From contig JBFWQY010000020.1 of NCBI GenBank assembly GCA_050249195.1, forward strand, positions 30,081 through 94,080: a DNA stretch of 64,000 nt, read 5' to 3'. The notes beneath the pieces are model-generated. The model worked only from the letters and a program-made list of their open reading frames with translations, searched no databases and was not told where the DNA came from. Made by a program: the position numbers and the translations under genes. Below are positions 18,547 to 27,102 of the stretch, piece after piece. The DNA is from Bdellovibrionales bacterium. Its GTDB lineage: Bacteria > Bdellovibrionota > Bdellovibrionia > Bdellovibrionales > UBA1609. Positions within the stretch are counted from its first letter, which is position 1; every line of letters begins with the position of its first letter.

Positions 18547-18941
18547 TTTGGATATTCTTGAATGGGTACTTTACCAACCGCCTCGGATTCCGAGCTCGTC
18601 CCGCATGTTGGGACCGTGTGGACATGGACTATGTACATGAACTCGACCCAAAGGCATTTAAATTCCTTAGGGCCTTTGTTGGTCATTTTTACGGCTGCGA
18701 TCTTCGAAACGCGAAGAAACTTTCCCCCAGTCTAAGGCGTCAAATCTATAATGAACACAACGCCTGTGCCCGAGATTTCTATAACAAGAGGGAGCGGGTC
18801 GACATAGACCATGAGCGATTTGAGAAGCTGGTTCCAAGTAAGCTTAAGGAAATACGAATCAGACCAAAGCGGACAAAGCCGGTTCCGAGGGTGGTCAAGG
18901 TGTATTGGGAGAATGGCGTCTGCATTCGTCGTTTCGCATAA
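18543..18941 (+). CDS. hypothetical protein (132 aa)
   Basis: Track ORF with an ATGA start/stop overlap with the previous ORF. Confidence 0.45.
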   Translation: MIWIFLNGYFTNRLGFRARPACWDRVDMDYVHELDPKAFKFLRAFVGHFYGCDLRNAKKLSPSLRRQIYNEHNACARDFYNKRERVDIDHERFEKLVPSKLKEIRIRPKRTKPVPRVVKVYWENGVCIRRFA

Positions 18942-19142
18942 GTGACTCGACTCCGAAAAACTCTTCGCACATTTGTGGACAGGGATTTGTGGACAGGAAT
19001 ATATTGCCCACACGTATTTAGTGAATACATTCCTACCTAGGCACACTTATCCCGATACCGCATAAATCCGCCAGAAGAACTTGGCCATGAAATTGCACAG
19101 AGTCTTCACGACCTTATTAATTAGGCTAGTGAAGGAGGACCT

Positions 19143-20228
19143 ATGTCCGAATGGAAGACCATTCTGGATTCAATGCGGATCGAGTTTTCAATTTCGCGGC
19201 ATACTCTTCAGTCCGAAGAGGATCGGGATGTAGAATCATATATAACAGATGTGAGCCTCGAGGCATATACCGTCGATGAAGCTGGCATAGAAGGCCTTGT
19301 TGGTAAAATCAACGCTCGGATACTCGATCTCGAGAGTGCCCGAGATCACGATCAACTCATCTGGGAGATCTGTGATAGTCAAGATTCTCAATTAGCCGCT
19401 ATGTATGAGAGTGTATTCCAGATCGATACAGATCCCGAAGATTTTGACGAACCGATTAGGGAAGACATAAGAAAAGACCTCTGGGACTCTGAACCAGAAA
19501 CTTTGATGGCGGTAGACCACACTGAAATAATAGATTCCTCCCTTTGGCTGACACCAATTCCCGCAGTGATGTTCTGGCATCTTATAAATCATTTTAGGAA
19601 CCAAACTTCAGTCTTTGTCGTGGATACAGAACCGATGCAAAAAATCGAAGGCGTCCTGAAATATGTCCCTGATTCAGATCCCCGATCTCTGTTTAGATTC
19701 CTCATGAGAAAGTTACTCTTTAAGAGTATTCCAAAGACTGAACACATGTACCTGACTAAGTACATGGGCTTCCCGTTAGACATTCGCAGGGTCCTGACGA
19801 ACGAAAGGGCTAAGGAGCAGCGGAACGGAACGGATCAACCTGCCACTAGTGGGCTTTCAGGAGACAAAATCGAAGGCATAATCGACGCCTATAAACAAAA
19901 TATGGGTGATGATTACGAAGAGATTCGGCCGGTCTTGCGTGAAACACTAACCGTTGGACAGTTAAGAGAACGACTCAAGGGAGAGAATCCCGCGCTCCCA
20001 GTTAAGGTTCAGATAGTGAAAGAAGTTGATGGATCTTCGTGGAGTGCTGACGATGCATTTGCGATTGACGCGTTTAATGCCTATGCATCAGAACACGAGC
20101 AATACTTCATTTTGGACGGTTGCGTACCGAGCGTAATTGAGCAATACAAAAAATTGTTGAATGACGACGAGGAGAACGACGAAGCACCGCCACCTGTTCA
20201 TCCTATTACGGCAGACCTTCCGCCCTAA
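19143..20228 (+). CDS. acidic hypothetical protein (361 aa)
   Basis: Track ORF with the RBS GAAGGAGGACCT. Asp/Glu-rich; no motif recognised. Confidence 0.6.
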   Translation: MSEWKTILDSMRIEFSISRHTLQSEEDRDVESYITDVSLEAYTVDEAGIEGLVGKINARILDLESARDHDQLIWEICDSQDSQLAAMYESVFQIDTDPEDFDEPIREDIRKDLWDSEPETLMAVDHTEIIDSSLWLTPIPAVMFWHLINHFRNQTSVFVVDTEPMQKIEGVLKYVPDSDPRSLFRFLMRKLLFKSIPKTEHMYLTKYMGFPLDIRRVLTNERAKEQRNGTDQPATSGLSGDKIEGIIDAYKQNMGDDYEEIRPVLRETLTVGQLRERLKGENPALPVKVQIVKEVDGSSWSADDAFAIDAFNAYASEHEQYFILDGCVPSVIEQYKKLLNDDEENDEAPPPVHPITADLPP

Positions 20229-20517
20229 ATCGACAGGGAACATGTTTGGTTGTCTGGTATCTTATCCGGTTGATAGGTCCGACAGGCTCGGCAAAATCTG
20301 ACTAAACGACAAGATTTCCAATCGAGGTTGGGTTCAAGATTTTTTGAATCCAACTTCAGCCTTAGTTGAACCAAAGTGACGCAATATTAGCATTAATTAG
20401 AAATAGTTTATTGTGTTCCGGTAAAAACTGAGGATGAGCACTTTTGATCTTATTCATTCGGACAACAAGCCGATAAGAAACTTAGCGCATCTTGCGCAGA
20501 GAGGGAGGCCTGTCCCG

Positions 20518-21027
20518 ATGAAAGCAATGCTCGGACTGATCTCATGTTTCGGATTGATAGGATGCGCGACTGCAATCCCCCTGACTGATAAAGAATCATG
20601 TGCTATTCGCGATCTCAAACTTGTTGGCGTAGACACTGGCTATGGTACCTCGGTGGGCTTTGCAACGGTAACGTCAACCAATTCATCGCACTCGGCGCGC
20701 GTATCCTCGACTGGCCATAGCTACGGAGAATTTCGACAATGTCGTCTGCCCGCCACTGATGAAGACAAATCGGAAATTGAGAACCTGAAGGCAGAGGCTA
20801 CACCAAAGCTCAGATACAACCAGAATATCCGCCAGAAGAAGATCTGGACCGGCATAGGATACGTGGCGTACATCATTCCTGGAATTGTGTTGAAAGTATC
20901 CTACGATAATCAATACGATGAAGCCGTCAATGAATCGGCTAAAATTCGTGAAGAGAACCTTGGCCGGCAGAAGCTTCAGCAACGCACTCCAGCTAATAAA
21001 TTAGATATAGATATCGGAGACCAATAG
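20518..21027 (+). CDS. lipoprotein, function unknown
   Basis: Track ORF 20434..21027. The ATG at 20518 follows GAGGGAGG. The lipobox is MKAMLGLISCFGLIGC. Confidence 0.55.
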   Translation: MKAMLGLISCFGLIGCATAIPLTDKESCAIRDLKLVGVDTGYGTSVGFATVTSTNSSHSARVSSTGHSYGEFRQCRLPATDEDKSEIENLKAEATPKLRYNQNIRQKKIWTGIGYVAYIIPGIVLKVSYDNQYDEAVNESAKIREENLGRQKLQQRTPANKLDIDIGDQ

Positions 21028-21075
21028 GAGCATTGTGTGTGCCAAAGTAGGCCTCGGACGGCTGCACTTTTCCGC

Positions 21076-21450
21076 TCAACTCAGCGTCACTTTACCTACT
21101 TCCGATAACTTCGCCCAACTATCGAGAATTGTCTCGCCCCTCTTTATCATCTCTATCGCATGCTGACATGACTCTTTTTTCCAGTCTTTCCTTGTGCGAG
21201 AAGCCATCCCTTGAAGCCCGGCAATGAATTGCTTTTTCACACTTGCGCTCTCCATCTCGCTCAGGTGCGGGTGCAGAAATAAAAAGATATCCGCTAGAGT
21301 ATTACTGTGGCCAACTCCCAGGCGGGTCTCGGACACCCATCGGAAATCGTTAATAATGTAATCGCTCTGGGGCCCTGCAGGGGCGTCCACCAACAACAAT
21401 TTAATCTTCTCAACCAATTCACGATTCGCTAACTCTACCCAGAAATCCAT
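21076..21450 (-). CDS. hypothetical protein (124 aa)
   Basis: Track ORF; no motif recognised. Confidence 0.5.
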   Translation of the reverse strand: MDFWVELANRELVEKIKLLLVDAPAGPQSDYIINDFRWVSETRLGVGHSNTLADIFLFLHPHLSEMESASVKKQFIAGLQGMASRTRKDWKKESCQHAIEMIKRGETILDSWAKLSEVGKVTLS

Positions 21451-22092
21451 TCAGATCCTCCTAGCCGACTTATTAGCAATCGGCAGGCCGACTCAACTGA
21501 GCTTATCTTCACGTACAAGGCTCAACAAATATCATGTCACTTTCCAAACATGGAGAATTTCCAGAACACAGAGGAAATGATGTCATGATTTTGGAATTGT
21601 CGATTTTCAATTTTGAACTCTATCACCTGAAACGCAGGTAGTGACTCACACCCCCTACACCCCGCCTGGCTATTTCACATTCATTTATGCCGTTAGAATC
21701 AAGTTCGCTCTCATCTCGGCTCTCATTGCAGAAAGGAACGTTCAGGCCAAACTTAGTTGTAGTCTTCCAAAACACTCCCACCTCATCGTCCCTGGTTATT
21801 GAGCCAGTCGCAGAAATCGACGAGTATTTGTTCCACAAGCCTACTCAACTCCTTTTTTGCCAGTGCTTCTTTTTTTGAGCGTCTCTTTTATCGACGGGCG
21901 GATTTTAGTCGAAAGACCCGTGACCTTGTGTTCCAAGCGTAAACAAGAGAAAAGCAGGGAAGTTGCTAACCAAGGAAGACATTAATTACATGTTGGATAT
22001 GTCTGAATGCTAGTGTTTTGTCAGAGCCGAAGCCTCACTGTCTCCAACGAGAATAGGGATAGGTATCCCATTTCAGAAGCGGATATACGGCA

Positions 22093-22479
22093 CTACGGTA
22101 TAATTAATCCGTCCTCCCTCAATCGGATGATCACATCATCACTTACATACATTCGCCGGGGACTGTCGATGCAATCCATGACTGCCTGGTGGAGGGGCCG
22201 ACCGCTCGATAAGACCATATACCGGCACGGATCACCTTCGCTCTCCTCCAGAACTGAACAATCTGGGCCTGGTGGTTCGATCCTGTCTTCTGATAGCCAT
22301 TGCGTAAGAGAATCAAGGCGAGCAGACAGGACTCGGGGATCAGCTACGGTGCTATAAACGATCGCGGCGTTATTAGCCTCTTCTATAGTCAATCCCACTT
22401 GACGCACTTGAATTCGCTCGCTTCCATCGCTTTTCTCAATGGTTACATAAGTAAAGTAATTCCGGCCTGCTCGTGACAT
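22093..22479 (-). CDS. hypothetical protein
   Basis: Track ORF 22093..22485. The ATG at 22479 lies 5 nt after GGAGGGTGG. Confidence 0.5.
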   Translation of the reverse strand: MSRAGRNYFTYVTIEKSDGSERIQVRQVGLTIEEANNAAIVYSTVADPRVLSARLDSLTQWLSEDRIEPPGPDCSVLEESEGDPCRYMVLSSGRPLHQAVMDCIDSPRRMYVSDDVIIRLREDGLIIP

Positions 22480-22519
22480 TTCCACCCTCCTTATTGAAAG
22501 ATGCCGTTCTTGGTCGCTC

Positions 22520-22900
22520 CTACGAACGAATGTATTTCAACGCTGCCTGCTCTAGGGTCAGCATGAACCCACAGATCGAGGACGCCGCTAGACCAGCAAA
22601 GACGTACTCGATTAAGCCAGGATCCCTGTCTAGCTGCCTTGTAAATGCCCATATAAGAAAAATCCACAGCCCCAGTCGAGTTACTAGAGTATAAACGATA
22701 GAAGTAACCACAATTGAGACAATAACACTCAGGCCGGTCATGAAATCGGATCCAGAGTCAGCCTGTTGAGCGGCAGCCCGTGAGCTGGAGGGTAATTTGC
22801 TAAGCGACTCGTTGTCAGTCACAAAAGAGAATCCACAGTCACAGGCCGCTGCGCTAGCCGGGTTCGTAAGCCTGCACCTAGGACATACCTTGCTTGACAT
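22520..22900 (-). CDS. zinc-ribbon membrane protein
   Basis: 126 aa. The N-terminal CPRCRLTNPASAAACDCG motif (CxxC...CxC) is followed by two or three hydrophobic helices. Confidence 0.55.
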   Translation of the reverse strand: MSSKVCPRCRLTNPASAAACDCGFSFVTDNESLSKLPSSSRAAAQQADSGSDFMTGLSVIVSIVVTSIVYTLVTRLGLWIFLIWAFTRQLDRDPGLIEYVFAGLAASSICGFMLTLEQAALKYIRS

Positions 22901-23024
22901 AACTTACCCCCCAAGGTCTCCTAATTAATAGTGTTACGTACACTTCGAACTAATTCACTTCGTGCCGCATCAAATAATGTCAGTAGATCTTCCACCTAAC
23001 TAAATATTGATTATAGTATTTTAA

Positions 23025-24734
23025 ATGGAAAATTCCCTGTCAACACTCATGGAGCAGATTAGATATGGCGCACCTGAAGTCGAATTAGCGCCAGTTTACA
23101 CTGACCTTGCAAAGAGGCAGATCGCCTTCAAGCGTATGGATATAGATTCAGCGCTCACTCTCCGGCTACTGGAAGATGTGTCAGACGTAAGATTCCAAAC
23201 AAGTACATTTCGAGGTGAAGTAAACCTTATTGGGAACGTACGAGTCAGCAAACTGAAATTTACTTCATGCGTGTTCGGACCCTATTCGAAAACTGTTCTC
23301 TCTCATGACTTCTGCGAGGACTTCGTTTTTGAAAGATGTACCTTTGAGCCTGGCTGCCATTTAGAATTCATTGGTCAGAACACCTCCGTCACTGGCTCAA
23401 GCATTAGATTCTTAGACTGCCCTCCCTCCGCGCACCTCACAAAAGTCACGATTACCGGAATCTTTCTCAAGGAGGTTAAGTGGACTCAGGTCCCGGTAAA
23501 GATCAAAGAAATCTTCCTAACGTGTTCAACGTTATGGTTTAATCCACTTCAGCTAGTAACTACGCATAGTGTGGAGGAGAGATTTGCTCTAACGGATGTT
23601 GTTGTTAGGGGAGCGATATCACAGATTGAAATGGGGCGAGTGACCGCTCCTATCACAATTGACGGATTGGTACTCGAGAAGCAGATCGACTTCAATGGGG
23701 ATTTCAGTGCGCGGTTGAAGGTTCGTAGACTTGAATTTGAAGATGGGGAATCTGGGACCTTACGGATCGTCGGCACATTTCGTGTTTCAGCCGTCTTTGA
23801 GAAAGTCGTCGCTAAAACGATTGAAATTCACCAAGTGACGATAACTGAGCCAAAAAGTACGTTGAATATTGAGCACTGCAAGGCTGACCAAGTGATTATT
23901 TCAAGACCACAAGGCCGAGGCTCCCTCACGGTTAAACATCTCGTTTGTGACACTCTGGCGTTCCCTTCTAATACAGGGGGAGTATTGACACCAACACTGA
24001 TCTTACATCATTGCGCAATTACTGGCTATCTTGCATTCCGACAGACACACTGGATTTCCGATATAGAGATACGTGATTCATCGGTGGAAATTCTTGACTG
24101 TGACTACGCAATTTTAGACGCTCATTTTTCTGCTTTAAACTGTGTATTTTTTAAACCACCATCCTTTTCAAACGCAAAAGTAAGCTCATTCTTTGTGTTC
24201 GAGCATTGTCAGTTTAAAGACGTAGGTGGCGGTACTAGCCACTATTACAGCAGGCTTAAAGCGCTCTCCAAAGAAAAGGACAACGAGCGGCAAGAAAGGC
24301 TGTTCGGCTCGTTAGAGTTGCAGTCCTATACATTGTCGGCACCGCGCTACTCCATGGAGTATGTAGTTGGTCGTCTTTATTGGATCGTGAGCGACTTCGG
24401 TCGGTCGATTAGTAGACCGCTCTGGTTTGTATTAGGGCAGTCAATCCTGGTTTTTGGACTCATCAACTATTGGAATACGCTTGAGTACATAGTTGATAGC
24501 CCAGCCTCGGCAGACGTTTGGTTTCAAACAGCGAAGGATTGGTCAAGAGAGCAACGAGCTATCTTCGAGACCCTCGCACACTCGTTGGGCCCGCTTGGAT
24601 TGTTTAGGGCGAATGATATCTTTGCCACAAAATCGTTTTTGGCGAACGCGATCTTGCTGGCACACGCCGTTCTATGCTCTATTTATTGGTTCCTCCTCTT
24701 ACTAGGCATTCGAAAGAGGTTTAAAGTTGAGTAA
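23025..24734 (+). CDS. large repeat-rich (beta-helix-like) protein with a C-terminal transmembrane domain
   Basis: 569 aa. About 400 aa of degenerate short repeats (FTSCVF, FERCTF, FLDCPP, LHHCAI, FEHCQF) are followed by the hydrophobic helices LWFVLGQSILVFGLINYW and ANAILLAHAVLCSIYWFLLLLGI. Confidence 0.6.
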   Translation: MENSLSTLMEQIRYGAPEVELAPVYTDLAKRQIAFKRMDIDSALTLRLLEDVSDVRFQTSTFRGEVNLIGNVRVSKLKFTSCVFGPYSKTVLSHDFCEDFVFERCTFEPGCHLEFIGQNTSVTGSSIRFLDCPPSAHLTKVTITGIFLKEVKWTQVPVKIKEIFLTCSTLWFNPLQLVTTHSVEERFALTDVVVRGAISQIEMGRVTAPITIDGLVLEKQIDFNGDFSARLKVRRLEFEDGESGTLRIVGTFRVSAVFEKVVAKTIEIHQVTITEPKSTLNIEHCKADQVIISRPQGRGSLTVKHLVCDTLAFPSNTGGVLTPTLILHHCAITGYLAFRQTHWISDIEIRDSSVEILDCDYAILDAHFSALNCVFFKPPSFSNAKVSSFFVFEHCQFKDVGGGTSHYYSRLKALSKEKDNERQERLFGSLELQSYTLSAPRYSMEYVVGRLYWIVSDFGRSISRPLWFVLGQSILVFGLINYWNTLEYIVDSPASADVWFQTAKDWSREQRAIFETLAHSLGPLGLFRANDIFATKSFLANAILLAHAVLCSIYWFLLLLGIRKRFKVE

Positions 24735-24853
24735 ACGTCATTCACAGTCTCAAGTAAGAGGAACTCTCCTGCCCGCGTAGAGCGCAATTCCAGACTGGAA
24801 GACATAAGGGGTTTCCCAACCAGGTCGTTAACAGTATTAGATTTTGCAAGAGA

Positions 24854-25960
24854 TTACCCGCTTGCCTCTGAGTCCATACTATCGAGCAGGCGCAAACTAG
24901 CACGACTTCTCCCTGATGAGCCCCCACCGTCCAAAGTAGAAATTACCAGGCCAAATAAATAGGAATTTAGTTCGTTGGAGTAGATATGTAGCTCCTTAGC
25001 AATTTGCGAACGGGAAATACCTTCCTTCCTCAAGTCCGAAAGAACGATCTGTAAGATCTTTGATGTCTCGTGGACTCCTCCCAAGGGCTCTTTCTTTCTA
25101 AAGCCTCGTTCAGATATTTGAATACAAAGCTGCCGGTAATGCCAATCGGAGGTTATCTTCAATGTATGTATCCTGTGATTGAGTGCAGCCACAGACACGT
25201 TCCATAACCTTTTCATTTTAATCAGAGTCTCCAGCGTGATGAAGCTAGGAGCAACTGACAACACGCTCTCCTTCGGCATAAGAAAGGCAGATGCAAACCG
25301 GTCCGCTTCGGTTTCAACCTCTCGACCCTGAATTTGGCCGTGGCGGTGAAGAACTAAATGCGCAAGTTCATGTGCAGCATCAAATCGGCTTCTCTCGGAC
25401 GACTTACTCGTGTTCAGAAAGATAAATGGAGTCTCCGTCCTCCAAAAACAGAAGGCATCTAGTCTCTGAGAATCTTTGGGAAGTGAGAAAATTCGCACCC
25501 CATTTGATTCAAGTTGATGCACGAGATTCTTGATCGCCGCATTCCCTAGGCCCCACTCAATACGAACAGCTTCGGCGGCAGCTTCCGGCTCTTCTCCACG
25601 CAAATCAGGAATTCTGGGAGCGGGCAGATCGTAGCGGCTCTCTATCCAGTCATTCAACGATGTCGCAATTACGCTCGCCGAAAGAGATGCATCCCTGTAC
25701 TTTGCAGTCAGATTGGAGAATGCGCGAAAGCTAACACCGTCAAGACATGGCTCATCCAGGCTTTCAGCAAAGAAGAACTCGACAGGGAAATCTAGCTCTT
25801 TGGCTATCTTGGATAAAATTTCTGTAGACGGATCAATCCCCTCTTCTCGCTCGTAATCAACAACGGTGCGAGGGCAGACCCCAATTAAACTGGCAAGCGT
25901 CTTCTTATTCAGCCCTCGTCGGCGTCGTGCAAGTGATAACCGATGTGGATTAAACTTCAT
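24854..25960 (-). CDS. XRE-family HTH fused to an ImmA/IrrE-type (M78) metallopeptidase domain
   Basis: 368 aa. The N-terminal HTH is LNKKTLASLIGVCPRTVVDYEREE. The HExxH motif is in FDAAHELAHLVLH, followed by the downstream EADRFASAFLMP. Confidence 0.8.
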   Translation of the reverse strand: MKFNPHRLSLARRRRGLNKKTLASLIGVCPRTVVDYEREEGIDPSTEILSKIAKELDFPVEFFFAESLDEPCLDGVSFRAFSNLTAKYRDASLSASVIATSLNDWIESRYDLPAPRIPDLRGEEPEAAAEAVRIEWGLGNAAIKNLVHQLESNGVRIFSLPKDSQRLDAFCFWRTETPFIFLNTSKSSERSRFDAAHELAHLVLHRHGQIQGREVETEADRFASAFLMPKESVLSVAPSFITLETLIKMKRLWNVSVAALNHRIHTLKITSDWHYRQLCIQISERGFRKKEPLGGVHETSKILQIVLSDLRKEGISRSQIAKELHIYSNELNSYLFGLVISTLDGGGSSGRSRASLRLLDSMDSEASG

Positions 25961-25969
25961 AACCCCACG

Positions 25970-26611
25970 CTAGCTTTTCCTCCTGACGTCAACAATTGGA
26001 TCGTCAGTAAACTGGACTTTGTTCGGCGGTGGCAAATCGTCACTGAGATTAACCACAGGAAGTATAATTCTTTCGCTGAAGTCTTCAACGTGACCATTGT
26101 CGCCGATAAAGGTGGGCATACTTACCTCGGCTCTAACCAAATCACCATCACTATAGGTGACCAAAACCCACATCTGGAACTTTCTGGCTTCCAGCGAAGT
26201 GGGCTCAATTCCCAGTTCCCTGTCCGACCAGGCAAGTTGCTGCCTATTGTTATAGACCAACTGAACCGTCTGGCTGCCTCTCTTATACCGTGATCGCGGG
26301 TCTTTACTTGAATTACCGGTACACTCATCACCTGATAATGCGCCGATTGCAACTTTGCCATCAGGGCTGATAACCTTTGGGAGACCACCGCTCTCGTCGT
26401 AGATCCAACCAGCGGGTGAGAGCATGTCTCGAAGTGCGGCTATCTTCTCTCCCCAACATACGATTCCCGCAACTATTCTAGGATGTAGACCGCTGAACTG
26501 ACGCCTCCGAAGTTCGCTCCTTCGGATCGTTTCACTGAGAATCTCAATCGACAGACCGAGCTTATCTAGTTGCGTTCGTATTGCGTTTGTTTTCTTGTGA
26601 ACTAGGGCCAA
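25970..26611 (-). CDS. hypothetical protein (213 aa), upstream partner of the XRE-ImmA gene
   Basis: Track ORF with a 9-nt gap to the downstream gene. No motif recognised. Confidence 0.55.
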   Translation of the reverse strand: MALVHKKTNAIRTQLDKLGLSIEILSETIRRSELRRRQFSGLHPRIVAGIVCWGEKIAALRDMLSPAGWIYDESGGLPKVISPDGKVAIGALSGDECTGNSSKDPRSRYKRGSQTVQLVYNNRQQLAWSDRELGIEPTSLEARKFQMWVLVTYSDGDLVRAEVSMPTFIGDNGHVEDFSERIILPVVNLSDDLPPPNKVQFTDDPIVDVRRKS

Positions 26612-26746
26612 ACAATTCCCCCTTCCTATTTCTTTCCCTCAATTGTGGTCTAAAAATAGGAAGTGTCAATCGGGATGCCCCGCACCATTTATTTCGCAAT
26701 ACTCCTCAGCCTTCGGCTTTCACATGCGACTCCGAGAAGAGTAGAG

Positions 26747-26764
26747 TTGGTCCCGTTTGGTCCC
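26747..26764 (+). repeat. island-internal 18-mer TTGGTCCCGTTTGGTCCC, right arm
   Basis: Exact copy of 5297-5314, in the same orientation and inside the island. Confidence 0.5.
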
Positions 26765-26812
26765 CCTCAGTGTAGAAATCGGTGAAAGTCAGTGGATAAC
26801 AGTGGAAGTCAT

Positions 26813-26898
26813 GGAGTCCTAAGTTATTGGTTAAACAAGAATTGCAAAATAGTTACTGCTACTTGGAAGGGCCTAGCCAATCCCTGGAGGCCCTACCA
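26813..26898 (+). pseudogene. degenerate tRNA-like sequence ending in the attR core
   Basis: GGAGTCCTAAGTTATTGGTTAAACAAG resembles the tRNA 5' half GGGGCCTTAGCTTAGTTGGTTAAAGCAG, and the 3' end is identical. The middle has no foldable anticodon arm. Confidence 0.4.
26883..26898 (+). repeat. attR core (direct repeat of the tRNA 3' end)
   Basis: CCTGGAGGCCCTACCA, identical to 5241-5256. Confidence 0.7.
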
Positions 26899-27102
26899 AA
26901 TTTGGAGACCGCTTCTTAAGGAAATCGAGAAGTGGCGAGCAATCCGAAAAACTGAAGCAATAACAGCTCTACGGCTCTACTCACTCGATGGTGGAACTTT
27001 GTCCAAAGTCTCAGTTGCTCAATAAGCCAATAGCGTAAAAAACGCGGACCGATCCATTTGCGGCGTTAGCCGCACCTCAGAACATAAAAATTTTGTGTCC
27101 AA

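Larger units (their letters stand above)
5241..26898. mobile_element. tRNA-integrated genomic island (about 21.6 kb; integrative element, degraded prophage or satellite-like)
   Basis: Bounded by the identical 16-mer CCTGGAGGCCCTACCA at 5241-5256 (tRNA 3' end) and 26883-26898. A tyrosine integrase lies next to the tRNA. The content is mostly orphan genes, a serine recombinase and an IS66 element. Confidence 0.7.

Noticed and set aside
21623-21838. Possible 71-aa minus-strand gene with a TTG start 10 nt after AAGGAG, in the otherwise empty 21451-22092 gap.
   Set aside because: Support is only an SD-like sequence and an open frame. There is no motif, and a plus-strand ORF of similar size overlaps it. 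This is insufficient to call.
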